Positions 27,150-36,695 of a DNA stretch of 64,000 nt are shown piece by piece. The notes under the pieces were generated by a model. It ran no database searches. It had not been told where the DNA came from and saw only the letters and a program-made list of their open reading frames with translations. This DNA is from Desulfomonilia bacterium (GTDB taxonomy: Bacteria > Desulfobacterota > Desulfomonilia > UBA1062). The translations under genes and the position numbers were made by a program. Where the stretch lies: contig JBEKDT010000010.1 of assembly GCA_050014195.1 (NCBI GenBank), forward strand, positions 96,001 to 160,000. Reading direction: 5' to 3'. Numbering within the stretch: the first letter of the stretch is position 1; every line of letters starts with the position of its first letter.

Positions 27150-27851
27150 ATGACAATAAATTCTCCCCAGATGCGTAAGTTTGTAAGCGTGTTTATCCTC
27201 TCTCTCATTGGATTTTTCTCCATCATGGGGATCTTCAGTTATATCGATCCCTACCCTCTTAAGGACTGGATTCATCTGAGAATTATGATCAAGAATATTG
27301 GGGTATCCGGAGCCCTGCTCTTCGTTTTCTGTGTGGCCATAATGCCTCTGGCCGCCCCTTTAAGCCTGCTTATCATGGCAGGGTCATCGGCATATGGGGC
27401 ACCTTTGGGCATGGCTCTTTCATATGTCGGATGCCTGATAAATGCAAATCTTGCATTCTTTATCGTGAAGACACTCGGCGTGGAAGAAGGCTGGGGGCAC
27501 GGCAAGAAGACACACCGGGTCAAGAGCGCTATCCAAAAAAACGGTTATGTCCTTGTCCTCATGCTCCAAATGATGACTATTATCCCTTTTACCGCAATAA
27601 ACTCGGCCGCTGCAGCCTCCGGTGTGTGCTGGCGTGATTTCATGAAGGCCACCATCTTCGGTATTGTGCCGAGCATAACCCTATTTTCATTGATCGGGCA
27701 CATGGTCCTTGCACACTTCTTTACTCCGCGGTTCTATTTTTCATTCATCTGTGCGGTGGTATTCGTTATCATCTTTATCACGCTCATAAAGAAGAATGCC
27801 CAGATGAGAAACAAAACTCTCAATGAGGCTTTGGAAGAAGAGGCCCTCTGA
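27150..27851 (+). CDS. TVP38/TMEM64 (DedA/VTT) membrane protein
   Basis: Hydrophobic. 'IIPFTAINSAAAASGV..RDFMKATIFGIVP'. Confidence 0.8.
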   Translation: MTINSPQMRKFVSVFILSLIGFFSIMGIFSYIDPYPLKDWIHLRIMIKNIGVSGALLFVFCVAIMPLAAPLSLLIMAGSSAYGAPLGMALSYVGCLINANLAFFIVKTLGVEEGWGHGKKTHRVKSAIQKNGYVLVLMLQMMTIIPFTAINSAAAASGVCWRDFMKATIFGIVPSITLFSLIGHMVLAHFFTPRFYFSFICAVVFVIIFITLIKKNAQMRNKTLNEALEEEAL

Positions 27852-28448
27852 AAAATCAGGAAAGTAGTCTAACACCCCTTTGGCGGAATTCTTAAAGGTG
27901 TCCCCAAAGACCCGCTCCGACAACTCCTGATCCACCCGCAATGGGATTACGCCCTGCATGAGAAGAAAACCTTCTTTTTTGGCAAGTGCCAGGCCCATGA
28001 TCTTGTTTTCTCCTATCACGAGCTCTGCGGGTGATGGCCTGGAAAAACATATCGGTGAGAATGCATGGCGGCCGCCTTTTACCTCTGTCTCGATACCGCA
28101 GCCTCGGAATGTGCTTTTCATTACATGCGAGATGTTTCTGGAACACTCCAATATGCCCCCGGAAAGGGCCCCGATTTGAGGTGTGCTGATGCTGAAAGTA
28201 ATGTCGTCAAAATGGAGCACGGCCCCCCCGCCGGTGGGCCGCCGAATGATAGGGATACCAAGGGATGGGTCGTTAACGGCAAAGGATTTCTGGTGAAAGC
28301 CGGTCGTCAGGGCAGGTTCAGTCCAGTTGTAAAAACGTAAACTACCTGAAATAGATCCGAGTCTGACTGCATCGAAGAGATCGAGGTCTTTTTTCATGGT
28401 AAGACCGGGAGGGCACCTCCCATCGGAGCGGAGTTGCCATGTGATCAT
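27741..28448 (-). CDS. Lipoate-protein ligase / octanoyltransferase family
   Basis: 'LRFYNW', 'RRPTGGGAVLH', 'KIMG'. Confidence 0.85.
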   Translation of the reverse strand: MITWQLRSDGRCPPGLTMKKDLDLFDAVRLGSISGSLRFYNWTEPALTTGFHQKSFAVNDPSLGIPIIRRPTGGGAVLHFDDITFSISTPQIGALSGGILECSRNISHVMKSTFRGCGIETEVKGGRHAFSPICFSRPSPAELVIGENKIMGLALAKKEGFLLMQGVIPLRVDQELSERVFGDTFKNSAKGVLDYFPDFSEGLFFQSLIESFVSHLGILLYERDKDDNEYHRTDE

Positions 28449-28858
28449 AGCTCCTCAATGATGAAGAGCTGGTCTCCGTATCCCACCCGATCGCCGTCCT
28501 GCTTGAGGATAGCAGCCACGGTCCCGTCTACATGCGATTCGATTTCGTTCATGAGCTTCATGGCCTCGATCACGCACAGGACCTGGTTCTTGGCCACCCG
28601 GTCACCTACCTGTACATACGAGGATGTTTCCGGGGACGGGGATCTGTAGAACGTTCCCACCAGAGGCGAAGTCACAGTAACGGTGTGCTTTTCCTTCATG
28701 CTTATGCTGGTGCGGTCGTTATCATGAGGTCTTGAAGGGGCCGATTCATACTGGCTGGATCTCCGGATGATGTGAATACGCTCCGGTGTCCAGTCGAGTT
28801 CCACCACATCGGTGTCCTTGATGAGCTCAATAAGATCCTTGACGGTTTTTAAATTCAT
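28445..28858 (-). CDS. accB: Biotin carboxyl carrier protein
   Basis: 'SPLVGTFYRSPSP', 'IEAMKLMNEI'. Confidence 0.93.
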   Translation of the reverse strand: MNLKTVKDLIELIKDTDVVELDWTPERIHIIRRSSQYESAPSRPHDNDRTSISMKEKHTVTVTSPLVGTFYRSPSPETSSYVQVGDRVAKNQVLCVIEAMKLMNEIESHVDGTVAAILKQDGDRVGYGDQLFIIEEL

Positions 28859-29422
28859 TCAGCTCACTCTTTCGATATAGTACCCTGTCCTGGTGTCAAC
28901 CTTGACCACCTCGCCCGTACTGACAAACAGGGGGACCTGAATGGTGATGCCGGTTTCAAGCTTGGCAGGCTTTGAGCCGCCGGATGCAGTGTTGCCTTTC
29001 AGGCCGGGGTCGGTCTCGATAATCTTGAGATTGAGGAACATAGGCAGCTCAACACCTATTGCCTTACCATTGTGCAGGAGAACATCCACCTCCACGTTCT
29101 CTTTGATGTAGCCCAGTGCATCCCCTATCTGGTCTTTGGTGAGCGTCATCTGATCATAGGTCTGCGTGTCCATGAAACAATATCCTGTTTCGTCCTGGTA
29201 CAGGAACGACATCTTCTTTTCTTCCAGATCCGGGACATCCACCTTATCGCCCGACCGGAATGTTTTATCAAGGACATTACCGGTTATCAGGCTCTTCATC
29301 TTCGTCCGCACGAAGGCCCCGCCCTTGCCGGGCTTCACGTGCTGGAAATCGACGATGGTAAAGGGCTCTCCTTCTAACTCGATCTTCAAGTTCTTCCTGA
29401 ACTGTGCTGTTGAATACTGCAT
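28859..29422 (-). CDS. efp: Elongation factor P
   Basis: 'HVKPGKGGAFVRTK', 'KPAKLETG'. Confidence 0.97.
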   Translation of the reverse strand: MQYSTAQFRKNLKIELEGEPFTIVDFQHVKPGKGGAFVRTKMKSLITGNVLDKTFRSGDKVDVPDLEEKKMSFLYQDETGYCFMDTQTYDQMTLTKDQIGDALGYIKENVEVDVLLHNGKAIGVELPMFLNLKIIETDPGLKGNTASGGSKPAKLETGITIQVPLFVSTGEVVKVDTRTGYYIERVS

Positions 29423-29434
29423 GCAACCTCACCT

Positions 29435-30496
29435 CTAGCTGAAAGTTCTGATGGTTTCCTTATCAAGATTTGTAAGGCGCTTGCAAGAATTATCTGTTAC
29501 AAACACCATGTCTTCAAGCCTTATACCGAATTGATCGGGGATATATACTCCGGGTTCTATGGTAATGACCATGCCTTCCACCAGTATATCCTCAGACAGG
29601 GGCGAAACAGCGGGTGACTCATGAACCTCCATGCCCACCCCATGTCCCAGCCCATGGCCGAAAAAGGCTCCAAGCCCGTGAGTTCCAAGATAGTCACGGG
29701 CTATCTTGTCGATATCCGAGGCCTTCACGCCGGAGGCTAAAGCCTTTATGGAGCGATCCTGTGCTTCTTTCACCCGTAAATACATATCTTGAAAGGAACC
29801 GCCCGGATTACCCGTTGTCACGGTGACGGTCTGGTCCGAGCAATACCCCTTGTAGATGCATCCGAAATCGACAACCACTGCTTCATTCTTGCTTATTACC
29901 TTATCCGACGCGGCTCCATGAGGCATGGCAGAGCGTGGGCCTGATGCAACAATGAGCTCGAATGAGGCTGCACTTGCACCGCGGCTCCTCATTTCCCATT
30001 CAAGATCAAGTGCCACATCCTGCTCGCGCCGTCCTATAAGTCCCCTGGAAAGTACTGCCTTAAGCGACTCTTCAGATATATGTGCCGCCTCTTTTATCAT
30101 ATCGACTTCATCGATGTCTTTAATAGCGCGCAGTGTTTTGAGCTGACCTCCCAGGGGGGTCATTTCAATGCCCTTGAAGATGTCTTTCATTTTCATGAAG
30201 CTGTCGAGGTCCAGTATGTTCGATTCGATCCCTAAAGACTTGACACCTTCATCCTGAAGCACGGCATATATGCCTTCATCGCGTTTGGTAATCTCATGGA
30301 CCTCGGCATGAGTCTCCTGCCGGGCCTGGAGGGTGTTGCGGGAGTCTACAAAGAGAAAGTCCTTGTCTTCCGTAAAGACATATACGGCATCCGAGCCGGA
30401 ATATCGGCTTAAATACGTAATGCTGGGCCGGGACAGCAACAAGATGGCTTCCAGGCCCTTGAGAAAGTGACGTGCTCTACTGAGCCTTCTTTCCAT
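29435..30496 (-). CDS. Xaa-Pro aminopeptidase (M24)
   Basis: 'HGLGHGVG.EVHE', 'TIEPGVY', 'GIRLED'. Confidence 0.92.
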   Translation of the reverse strand: MERRLSRARHFLKGLEAILLLSRPSITYLSRYSGSDAVYVFTEDKDFLFVDSRNTLQARQETHAEVHEITKRDEGIYAVLQDEGVKSLGIESNILDLDSFMKMKDIFKGIEMTPLGGQLKTLRAIKDIDEVDMIKEAAHISEESLKAVLSRGLIGRREQDVALDLEWEMRSRGASAASFELIVASGPRSAMPHGAASDKVISKNEAVVVDFGCIYKGYCSDQTVTVTTGNPGGSFQDMYLRVKEAQDRSIKALASGVKASDIDKIARDYLGTHGLGAFFGHGLGHGVGMEVHESPAVSPLSEDILVEGMVITIEPGVYIPDQFGIRLEDMVFVTDNSCKRLTNLDKETIRTFS

Positions 30497-30923
30497 ACAG
30501 CTCCCATACGGCCTCAACAGCAAGCTCATAGCCCAGAGGACCGAACCCTGAAATGGTTCCAGCCGCAACGTCTGAGAAATAATTGACCTGACGGAAGGGC
30601 TCACGGGCAGACACCTTGCTCAGGTGCACCTCGATGAAAGGGAGGCCGACAGCAAGCAGGGCATCCCTTAAAGCTATTGATGTGTGGGTGTATCCGCCCG
30701 GGTTGATGATAAATGCAGTGATACCCAGGGATGGGGCTTTATGGATTGTGTCGATGAGATCGCCTTCATGGTTCGTTTGGTAGAAATCCACTTCGGCACC
30801 AATGGTGAAGGCCTTACGTCTCACGATACCTTCGATATCATCAAGGCTCGTAGTGCCGTAGATGGATGTCTCTCTGGAACCAAGCAGGTTCAGATTGGGG
30901 CCGTTGATTACCATGATCTTCAT
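30477..30923 (-). CDS. aroQ: Type II 3-dehydroquinate dehydratase
   Basis: 'NGPNLNLLG.RE', 'INPGGYTHTS', 'EVHLS'. Confidence 0.96.
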   Translation of the reverse strand: MKIMVINGPNLNLLGSRETSIYGTTSLDDIEGIVRRKAFTIGAEVDFYQTNHEGDLIDTIHKAPSLGITAFIINPGGYTHTSIALRDALLAVGLPFIEVHLSKVSAREPFRQVNYFSDVAAGTISGFGPLGYELAVEAVWELYGKKAQ

Positions 30924-31450
30924 TTTTTTAACCTCTCAAGCCAGCCTTGCAGGGTCTTCATAATAAAGAGGTCCTGGGTATCGCTGGCTTCCTGTCGAAC
31001 CAGATCATCAAGTCCGTTCATTTCTTTAACCTGGCCGTAGATATCGAGGGCCTGCTCGTAATGACCTTGCTGTGCATATACCTTAGCGAGCTCAAGAGAT
31101 GGCTCATTTACAAGCACTTCATGAGCCTCAGGTTTTTCCAGCAAATCGCGTGCCTCATCATCTTCGGGATAGAATGTAAGGTATTTCTGGAGGCAGGCCT
31201 TTGCCTGGGCATCATCATCACGCTGATGGTAGATGAGTCCCAGATAATAAAAAGACTTCATCAAGCCCTGGGCTAGACCTGCAATCTTTTCCAAGACATC
31301 AAGGGCCTCGCCATACCTGCCGATCTTGTACAGGGATATTCCGAGCAGAAGACGGTCTTCAGGGTTTTTGCGAGATTTGGTTGCCCGGACAACGTCCAGG
31401 AACCTTCCCTCATCAAAGGCCTTCTTCACATTCTCTGACGAAACGGCCAT
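30920..31450 (-). CDS. Tetratricopeptide-repeat protein
   Basis: TPR-like helices; 'LAKVYAQQGHYEQALDIY'. Confidence 0.8.
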   Translation of the reverse strand: MAVSSENVKKAFDEGRFLDVVRATKSRKNPEDRLLLGISLYKIGRYGEALDVLEKIAGLAQGLMKSFYYLGLIYHQRDDDAQAKACLQKYLTFYPEDDEARDLLEKPEAHEVLVNEPSLELAKVYAQQGHYEQALDIYGQVKEMNGLDDLVRQEASDTQDLFIMKTLQGWLERLKK

Positions 31451-32972
31451 AAGCACCTAATATTTGAGAACTAGTAAGCTTTTTAACGGTAGCATCACCA
31501 ATGGCAGGAGTCAACACAAAGTAGAGGCCATCCTTGACACCCTTTTTATCCGTGACGAGTGCACTGCTGATCTCATCTAGTTGAGGATACGGAAAATCAT
31601 GAAGGGTATATGCCCATTTATTTATGAGCCGGAAGATTCGTTCCATATCCTTAGCGTTGATGAGTCCAAGCTCGCGTGACAGCCAGGATGCAAAAAACAT
31701 CCCGGCGGCCACTGCCCTGCCATGGCTTACTTCAAAGTTGCGGGCAAGCTCGATTGCATGGCCCAGGGTATGGCCGAAGTTCAGAATCCTCCGCAGACCA
31801 CCCTCCCGTTCATCCTTGCTCACAACAAAGGCCTTATCACGTGCACACAAATTCACAATTTTCTCATAATCAAGCTCATTCGCATTTTCTAGCTCGTCGA
31901 AGAGGTCCTTATCCATGATAATGCCGTACTTAATGACCTCGGCCATGGCTTCTTTTATGTGGAGCGGTTCAAGTGTACTAAGGAAGTCAATGTCGCTGAG
32001 CACAAACACAGGCTGATGAAAAGTGCCGACGAGATTTTTACCATGCTTGATATCAATGCCTGTCTTTCCGCCTATGCTTGAATCCACCTGGGCGAGCAGC
32101 GTAGTGGGTATCTGCACCACGGGGATGCCCCGCATGAAGATGCTGGAAGCAAAGGCGGCAAGGTCCCCGATAACACCTCCGCCAATGGCAAGACAGATCC
32201 ATTGCCTGTTCGCCTGTGCAAAGAACATCTCGTCGAGGACTTTCATCAGAAAAGGGAATGACTTTGAAGACTCACCGGAAGGTATGGTTATCGTGTGGTG
32301 CTTTAATCCGGTAAGCGAAGAGCGAATAAGCCTGTTATAGAGTTTGAGCACTTGTTCATCAACAAGAACCAGGGCACCTTCCGGCATGATATGCCGGGAG
32401 ATGTATTCCCGTATTTCTTTGAAAATACCCTTTCCGATATAGACGGGATACGGTGTATTGGTAACCAGGACGGCAATAGGCTTCAGGATATCCTTTGTGA
32501 GGTCGAAGATCTCCTGGGCCACTTCCTGGGGGGCTTTGTCATCAGTGTCTATGATAAAATCGGCATCTTCATAGGCCGGCGTTCTTTTGAGGAGGAGGCT
32601 GTGCGCCTTTTCGTTCCACAGGGGCCTGCCGGAGTCTTCCGGGACCCGCGTTGCAAGGCTTTCAAAAGAGGCGCGCAAATAGATGATGTGGCCGCAGGCC
32701 TTCATTATTGCCCTGTTGGCCGGATTTACGGGAAGACCCCCGCCGGTTGCCACAACGGTATGCTTTTCCTTTCCGGCAATCTCAATCAAGGCTTCTCTCT
32801 CCAGGTTCCTGAATGCAGCCTCTCCCACACAGGCAAAGATCTCATTTATGGAGCTGCATAACTTTGTGCTGATATATTCATCAAGATCGATGAATGGATG
32901 GTTAAGGAGTTCCGCAAGTCTCCTGCCTGCAGTAGTCTTCCCTGACCCCATAAAGCCCGTGAGAAAGATCAT
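31413..32972 (-). CDS. aroB: Fused shikimate kinase / 3-dehydroquinate synthase
   Basis: N-terminal 'GFMGSGKTT' and 'ATGGG'. C-terminal 'GGGVIGD', 'PTTLLAQVDSSIGGKTG', 'LNFGHTLGHA'. Confidence 0.93.
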   Translation of the reverse strand: MIFLTGFMGSGKTTAGRRLAELLNHPFIDLDEYISTKLCSSINEIFACVGEAAFRNLEREALIEIAGKEKHTVVATGGGLPVNPANRAIMKACGHIIYLRASFESLATRVPEDSGRPLWNEKAHSLLLKRTPAYEDADFIIDTDDKAPQEVAQEIFDLTKDILKPIAVLVTNTPYPVYIGKGIFKEIREYISRHIMPEGALVLVDEQVLKLYNRLIRSSLTGLKHHTITIPSGESSKSFPFLMKVLDEMFFAQANRQWICLAIGGGVIGDLAAFASSIFMRGIPVVQIPTTLLAQVDSSIGGKTGIDIKHGKNLVGTFHQPVFVLSDIDFLSTLEPLHIKEAMAEVIKYGIIMDKDLFDELENANELDYEKIVNLCARDKAFVVSKDEREGGLRRILNFGHTLGHAIELARNFEVSHGRAVAAGMFFASWLSRELGLINAKDMERIFRLINKWAYTLHDFPYPQLDEISSALVTDKKGVKDGLYFVLTPAIGDATVKKLTSSQILGAYGRFVRECEEGL

Positions 32973-34102
32973 AGGCTCTCCCAGTACTTCCTGTGCTCAT
33001 CAAATGTCTTTTTAAGGGCATCCATGCTCGGTTGGGTAAAGCCGGCCATGATGGCGGAAGATACAGCGATAATCGCCATGGCCTCCCCTACTACTGATGC
33101 CGCAGGGACAGCGCACACATCCGAGCGTTCATAGCTTGCCCGTACTGCAGCACCCGTGCGCATGTCAAAGGAGGGCAGCCCTTTCTTGAGGGTGGGAATC
33201 GGTTTCATTGTGCATCTGAGCACTACGGGTTCGCCGTTGGTCACACCTCCCTCCAGGCCGCCGGCATTGTTGGAAGACCTGGTCTTAGGGTGAGTCGGCA
33301 TTATCGGGTCATGGACCATAGATCCGGGAAGCGCACCGCACGCAACTCCGGCGCCGATCTGAATTGCCTTGATGGCCGGGATGGACATCAGATGCATGGA
33401 TAAGAGCGCATCGAGGCGTTGTTCCCACTGAGTGTACGAGCCGATGCCTGCAGGAAGGCCTTCAATCACTATGGTGAATTCACCGCCGATGGAGTCGCCG
33501 GTACCGTCAATATCACGGATAATTTTTTCCATGTCGTGCGTTGAGGCTTTATCAGGACAAAAAACGCCGGATGCATCCCGTTTGTTCTGGTCAAACGGTC
33601 CTTCATAGGTTGAGGTGCCGATCCTGGTCACCCAGGAATAGGCCTTTATACTTAAGGTTGAAAGAAAAGACCGCAAGAGCCCACCCACAGCTACCCTTCC
33701 GGCGGTCTCCCGGGCGCTCGAACGCTCGAGCACATTTCTTAAGTCTGTGTGCCTGAATCTTGCCGCACCTGCAAGGTCGGCATGGCCGGGTCGTGGTGTA
33801 TTGATTTCTCTTCCCGGGATGATCTCCCAGGGATCCATGTATTCCTTCCAGTTCTCAAAATCCTTGTTCCATATCGCAAGGAGCACCGGGCTCCCCATGG
33901 TGATGCCTCCCCTGATCCCTGAGAGAACATCCACGGTGTCCTGCTCGATGGACATTCGGCCGCCCCTGCCATAGCCTTTCTGGCGCCTCTTAAGATCGGC
34001 ATTGATGGAGTCCCTGTCTACCTTGAGACCTGCGGGCAGACCGTCAAGAAAGGCAAAGATACCCCTGCCGTGGGACTCACCTGCTGTATAAAAAAGGAGC
34101 AT
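32969..34102 (-). CDS. aroC: Chorismate synthase
   Basis: 'TAGESHG', 'PRPGHAD', 'RSSARETA', 'MKPIPT'. Confidence 0.97.
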   Translation of the reverse strand: MLLFYTAGESHGRGIFAFLDGLPAGLKVDRDSINADLKRRQKGYGRGGRMSIEQDTVDVLSGIRGGITMGSPVLLAIWNKDFENWKEYMDPWEIIPGREINTPRPGHADLAGAARFRHTDLRNVLERSSARETAGRVAVGGLLRSFLSTLSIKAYSWVTRIGTSTYEGPFDQNKRDASGVFCPDKASTHDMEKIIRDIDGTGDSIGGEFTIVIEGLPAGIGSYTQWEQRLDALLSMHLMSIPAIKAIQIGAGVACGALPGSMVHDPIMPTHPKTRSSNNAGGLEGGVTNGEPVVLRCTMKPIPTLKKGLPSFDMRTGAAVRASYERSDVCAVPAASVVGEAMAIIAVSSAIMAGFTQPSMDALKKTFDEHRKYWESL

Positions 34103-34248
34103 GAAACCTCCGCACCAAGATCAATTGGGCGTGATTATGGTGGATGAAGGCCGGGTTTGTCAACAGAGCTTAAAAGACAAGCTATCAGCCCTTAAGCTAT
34201 CATACATCAGAGAAAAGCTTGAAAAGCTAACGGCTGATAGCTTAAAGG

Positions 34249-36159
34249 CTAGAAGCTTATTTTTGTCGCAAACCGGTACGTTCTTCCAGGTACAGGGTAC
34301 CAGGTGGTCCCAAATGACGACTTGTACACATATTCCGGTGACCGGTCATTAAGGAGGTCGTCCACTTTAAAGGAGATCGTGGCATCTTTGCTCACATCAA
34401 GCAGGGCACCGGCATTCAGGATGTAACGGTTGTTGGTTTTTTCTGTGTTGGCATCATCCTCGTAAGCACCTTGCCTGATCTGATATGAGAGAGAAAGCGT
34501 TGCATTCCTGCCAACGATTTCCGGCAGATAGTCTGCCTGAAGATTGAGCACTTGAGGGGGGGTCTGACCGAGCTTGTTTCCCTTATCAGGGCCGCTTTCA
34601 AAGGTAGTGTTGCTGAAGATGTAATTTGCCGAGAGTTTTATTACGCTTATGGGTGCAACCCAAGAATTTGCCTCGATGCCTGATGACTTGGCCCTATTAA
34701 CATTTATATAGGTAAACGTGTTGGCGCTCGGATAATCCGCCTTGATGAGGTCATGGTATGTACTGAGAAAATAGTCGATACTGAATCCATAGGTATTCAT
34801 GGAGACAATCGGTCCGATGTCCCAGCTGAATGACTGCTCGGGCTTGAGGTTCGGATTCGGAATGAAGGTGCTGTATTGAGATGAGGGCGAATAGAGCTTG
34901 CCTATATCCGGTATAAGATATCCGGTACCGGCATTGGCCTTGATCTGAATATGCTCGATCACCTTCCATGCTGCGCCGGCATGATAGGACCACTGATTTT
35001 GAAAATCCGAGTAGCTGTCATACCTGCCGTTAAGATCCAGCAAGACCGGCTGTAGATTGATACCTGCAGATAAGGAACCGGTCCCTGTACTGCGGGAGTG
35101 AATGCCGTAGTCATCGCTGCTCACATGTTCATCGAGATATTCCAATCCCGGGGTCAAGGTAACCAAGCCCATTTTTTTCGTATAGGATATCGAGAAGTCT
35201 TTGTTGTTCAGGTTTGTTATGTTATCTGCGCCCCACGACGGCCTCTGGTTGTGGGTTCTATTGGTCAAGATCCATGCACGGACATCGATTGCCTGATCCT
35301 GTGTAAGGTCCTTTCTGGTTTCGATGAGGAACGTATTTTGTGCAGTATTCGTCATGTCGTTTGGCGTGATGTAGCTTGGTGTTCCTTCGGCACCCGGTGA
35401 GCCCTCTGACTGGTCAATGAAATTTTCCATCAGGGAGGTCTGCCAACCTTGTGCATCAACGACGGCCTTGATGAGCCCGGTGGTATTTTCTACGGTATTG
35501 TTTTCCCGACGGGTCCATGTGCCGTCATCTCGTTTATATCTGAAGTCGTTGTCTGAAAATGCATGCGTGAGGTTTGCCAGGATTCCCACCTGTCCGACAT
35601 GCGTGCTCAGATGTCCATGGTAAAGGCCGTAGCCATAGGTACCTTGCGACGCAGATAGATCATATTCATCAATGGGCGATGGGTTGTCGGTAACGAGGTT
35701 GATGACACCCCCCATGGCTGAATTGCCGAAGGCTGCGCTGTTGCTGCCTTTAATGATCTCGATCTGATCGATGTCGGGCAGCATGTACTGCGAGAGGTCT
35801 ACCATGTCGCCAGTCACCGGGTTGAGCGGGATGCCGTCAAGGGTGATGAGGGTCTGCCTGTAGCTGGAACCGCGAAGCGATACGGGAGAGGTTGTTGCTC
35901 CACCGTAGTCGGAGAGATCAACTGATGATGCCTTGCGTAATGCCTCCTGCGTATCTATGAGGCCTGAAATATCAGGCCCCGGACTAATAATATCGGAAAA
36001 GGAAGTAGGGGCCTGTTGCACGACCGAGCCCTGGGCATTCTTTTCCACTGTAGGGGTGACGACGATAAGGATGTCTGAAGCTGCCTGGATGGTGCTATTC
36101 ATGAACAACAGCACGGCTATGAGTGAAACGGGTAACAGGTATCTGGTTCGATGGTCCAT
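34249..36159 (-). CDS. TonB-dependent receptor, BtuB-like
   Basis: Plug 'SLRGS...LITLDGIP', 'IEIIKG..SAAFG.SAMGGVINL', 'NPNLKPE', 'PGRTY', C-terminal F. Lies downstream of a B12 riboswitch. Confidence 0.9.
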   Translation of the reverse strand: MDHRTRYLLPVSLIAVLLFMNSTIQAASDILIVVTPTVEKNAQGSVVQQAPTSFSDIISPGPDISGLIDTQEALRKASSVDLSDYGGATTSPVSLRGSSYRQTLITLDGIPLNPVTGDMVDLSQYMLPDIDQIEIIKGSNSAAFGNSAMGGVINLVTDNPSPIDEYDLSASQGTYGYGLYHGHLSTHVGQVGILANLTHAFSDNDFRYKRDDGTWTRRENNTVENTTGLIKAVVDAQGWQTSLMENFIDQSEGSPGAEGTPSYITPNDMTNTAQNTFLIETRKDLTQDQAIDVRAWILTNRTHNQRPSWGADNITNLNNKDFSISYTKKMGLVTLTPGLEYLDEHVSSDDYGIHSRSTGTGSLSAGINLQPVLLDLNGRYDSYSDFQNQWSYHAGAAWKVIEHIQIKANAGTGYLIPDIGKLYSPSSQYSTFIPNPNLKPEQSFSWDIGPIVSMNTYGFSIDYFLSTYHDLIKADYPSANTFTYINVNRAKSSGIEANSWVAPISVIKLSANYIFSNTTFESGPDKGNKLGQTPPQVLNLQADYLPEIVGRNATLSLSYQIRQGAYEDDANTEKTNNRYILNAGALLDVSKDATISFKVDDLLNDRSPEYVYKSSFGTTWYPVPGRTYRFATKISF

Positions 36160-36221
36160 ATGGACACCTCCATGGAATATTCCCTTGGAGTCTCCACCCG
36201 GGCACGCGGATGTAGTCCGAA

Positions 36222-36365
36222 CTGCGGATAGGTCTTCTGGCTCACGGATCAGTTGGGCGGCCTTGCCTTCCCGCATATGCAGTGGCATGTAGCGGCCTGC
36301 CCTCCCCGTTCACAGCGGCGGCCCCACCCCGGAATTTCACCGGGTTCCCTTGAATCCGCAGCAGG
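36222..36365 (-). promoter_or_regulatory. Cobalamin riboswitch
   Basis: Minus strand AAGGGAACCCGGTGAAATTCCGG...GCCGCTGTGA...GCCACTG...GGGAAGG...GAGCCAGAAGACC. Confidence 0.93.
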
Positions 36366-36447
36366 GTAATGATTTGATATCAGATGGGGGATTGGCTGTC
36401 AATGCACCTATGATATACTCTAAGAGAGCCTTTAGGCGCGATATATC

Positions 36448-36470
36448 TCGCGGCTGAAGCCGCTCCTACA
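36448..36470. repeat. REP-like palindrome (GTAG family)
   Basis: TCGCGGCTGAAGCCGCTCCTACA, same family as the 39193-39265 copies. Confidence 0.75.
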
Positions 36471-36513
36471 ATTTTCCCTTGCTCCGGCTAAAAGAATCTG
36501 GCATATGGTATGT

Positions 36514-36585
36514 ATGATTACAGCATCAGCACACATATTTTTTGGCTATTATTTCTGGTTTAGGAAGTGGCCGCCTGTGGGCTGA
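36514..36585 (+). CDS. Attenuator leader peptide rich in Phe/Tyr/Trp
   Basis: MITASAHIFFGYYFWFRKWPPVG*, directly upstream of a terminator and the DAHP synthase gene. Confidence 0.85.
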   Translation: MITASAHIFFGYYFWFRKWPPVG

Positions 36586-36604
36586 GCTGTTCGTAAACGA
36601 ACAC

Positions 36605-36644
36605 AAAGGCCGTGGGTGGTCACATTCCCACGGCCTTTTCATTT
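36605..36644 (+). terminator. Attenuator terminator hairpin
   Basis: AAAGGCCGTGGG-N10-CCCACGGCCTTT followed by TCATTT. Confidence 0.85.
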
Positions 36645-36695
36645 GTGGCCTGGGGAAATGACACACACGGCACTCTATAGGTAAAGGAGGCTGGT

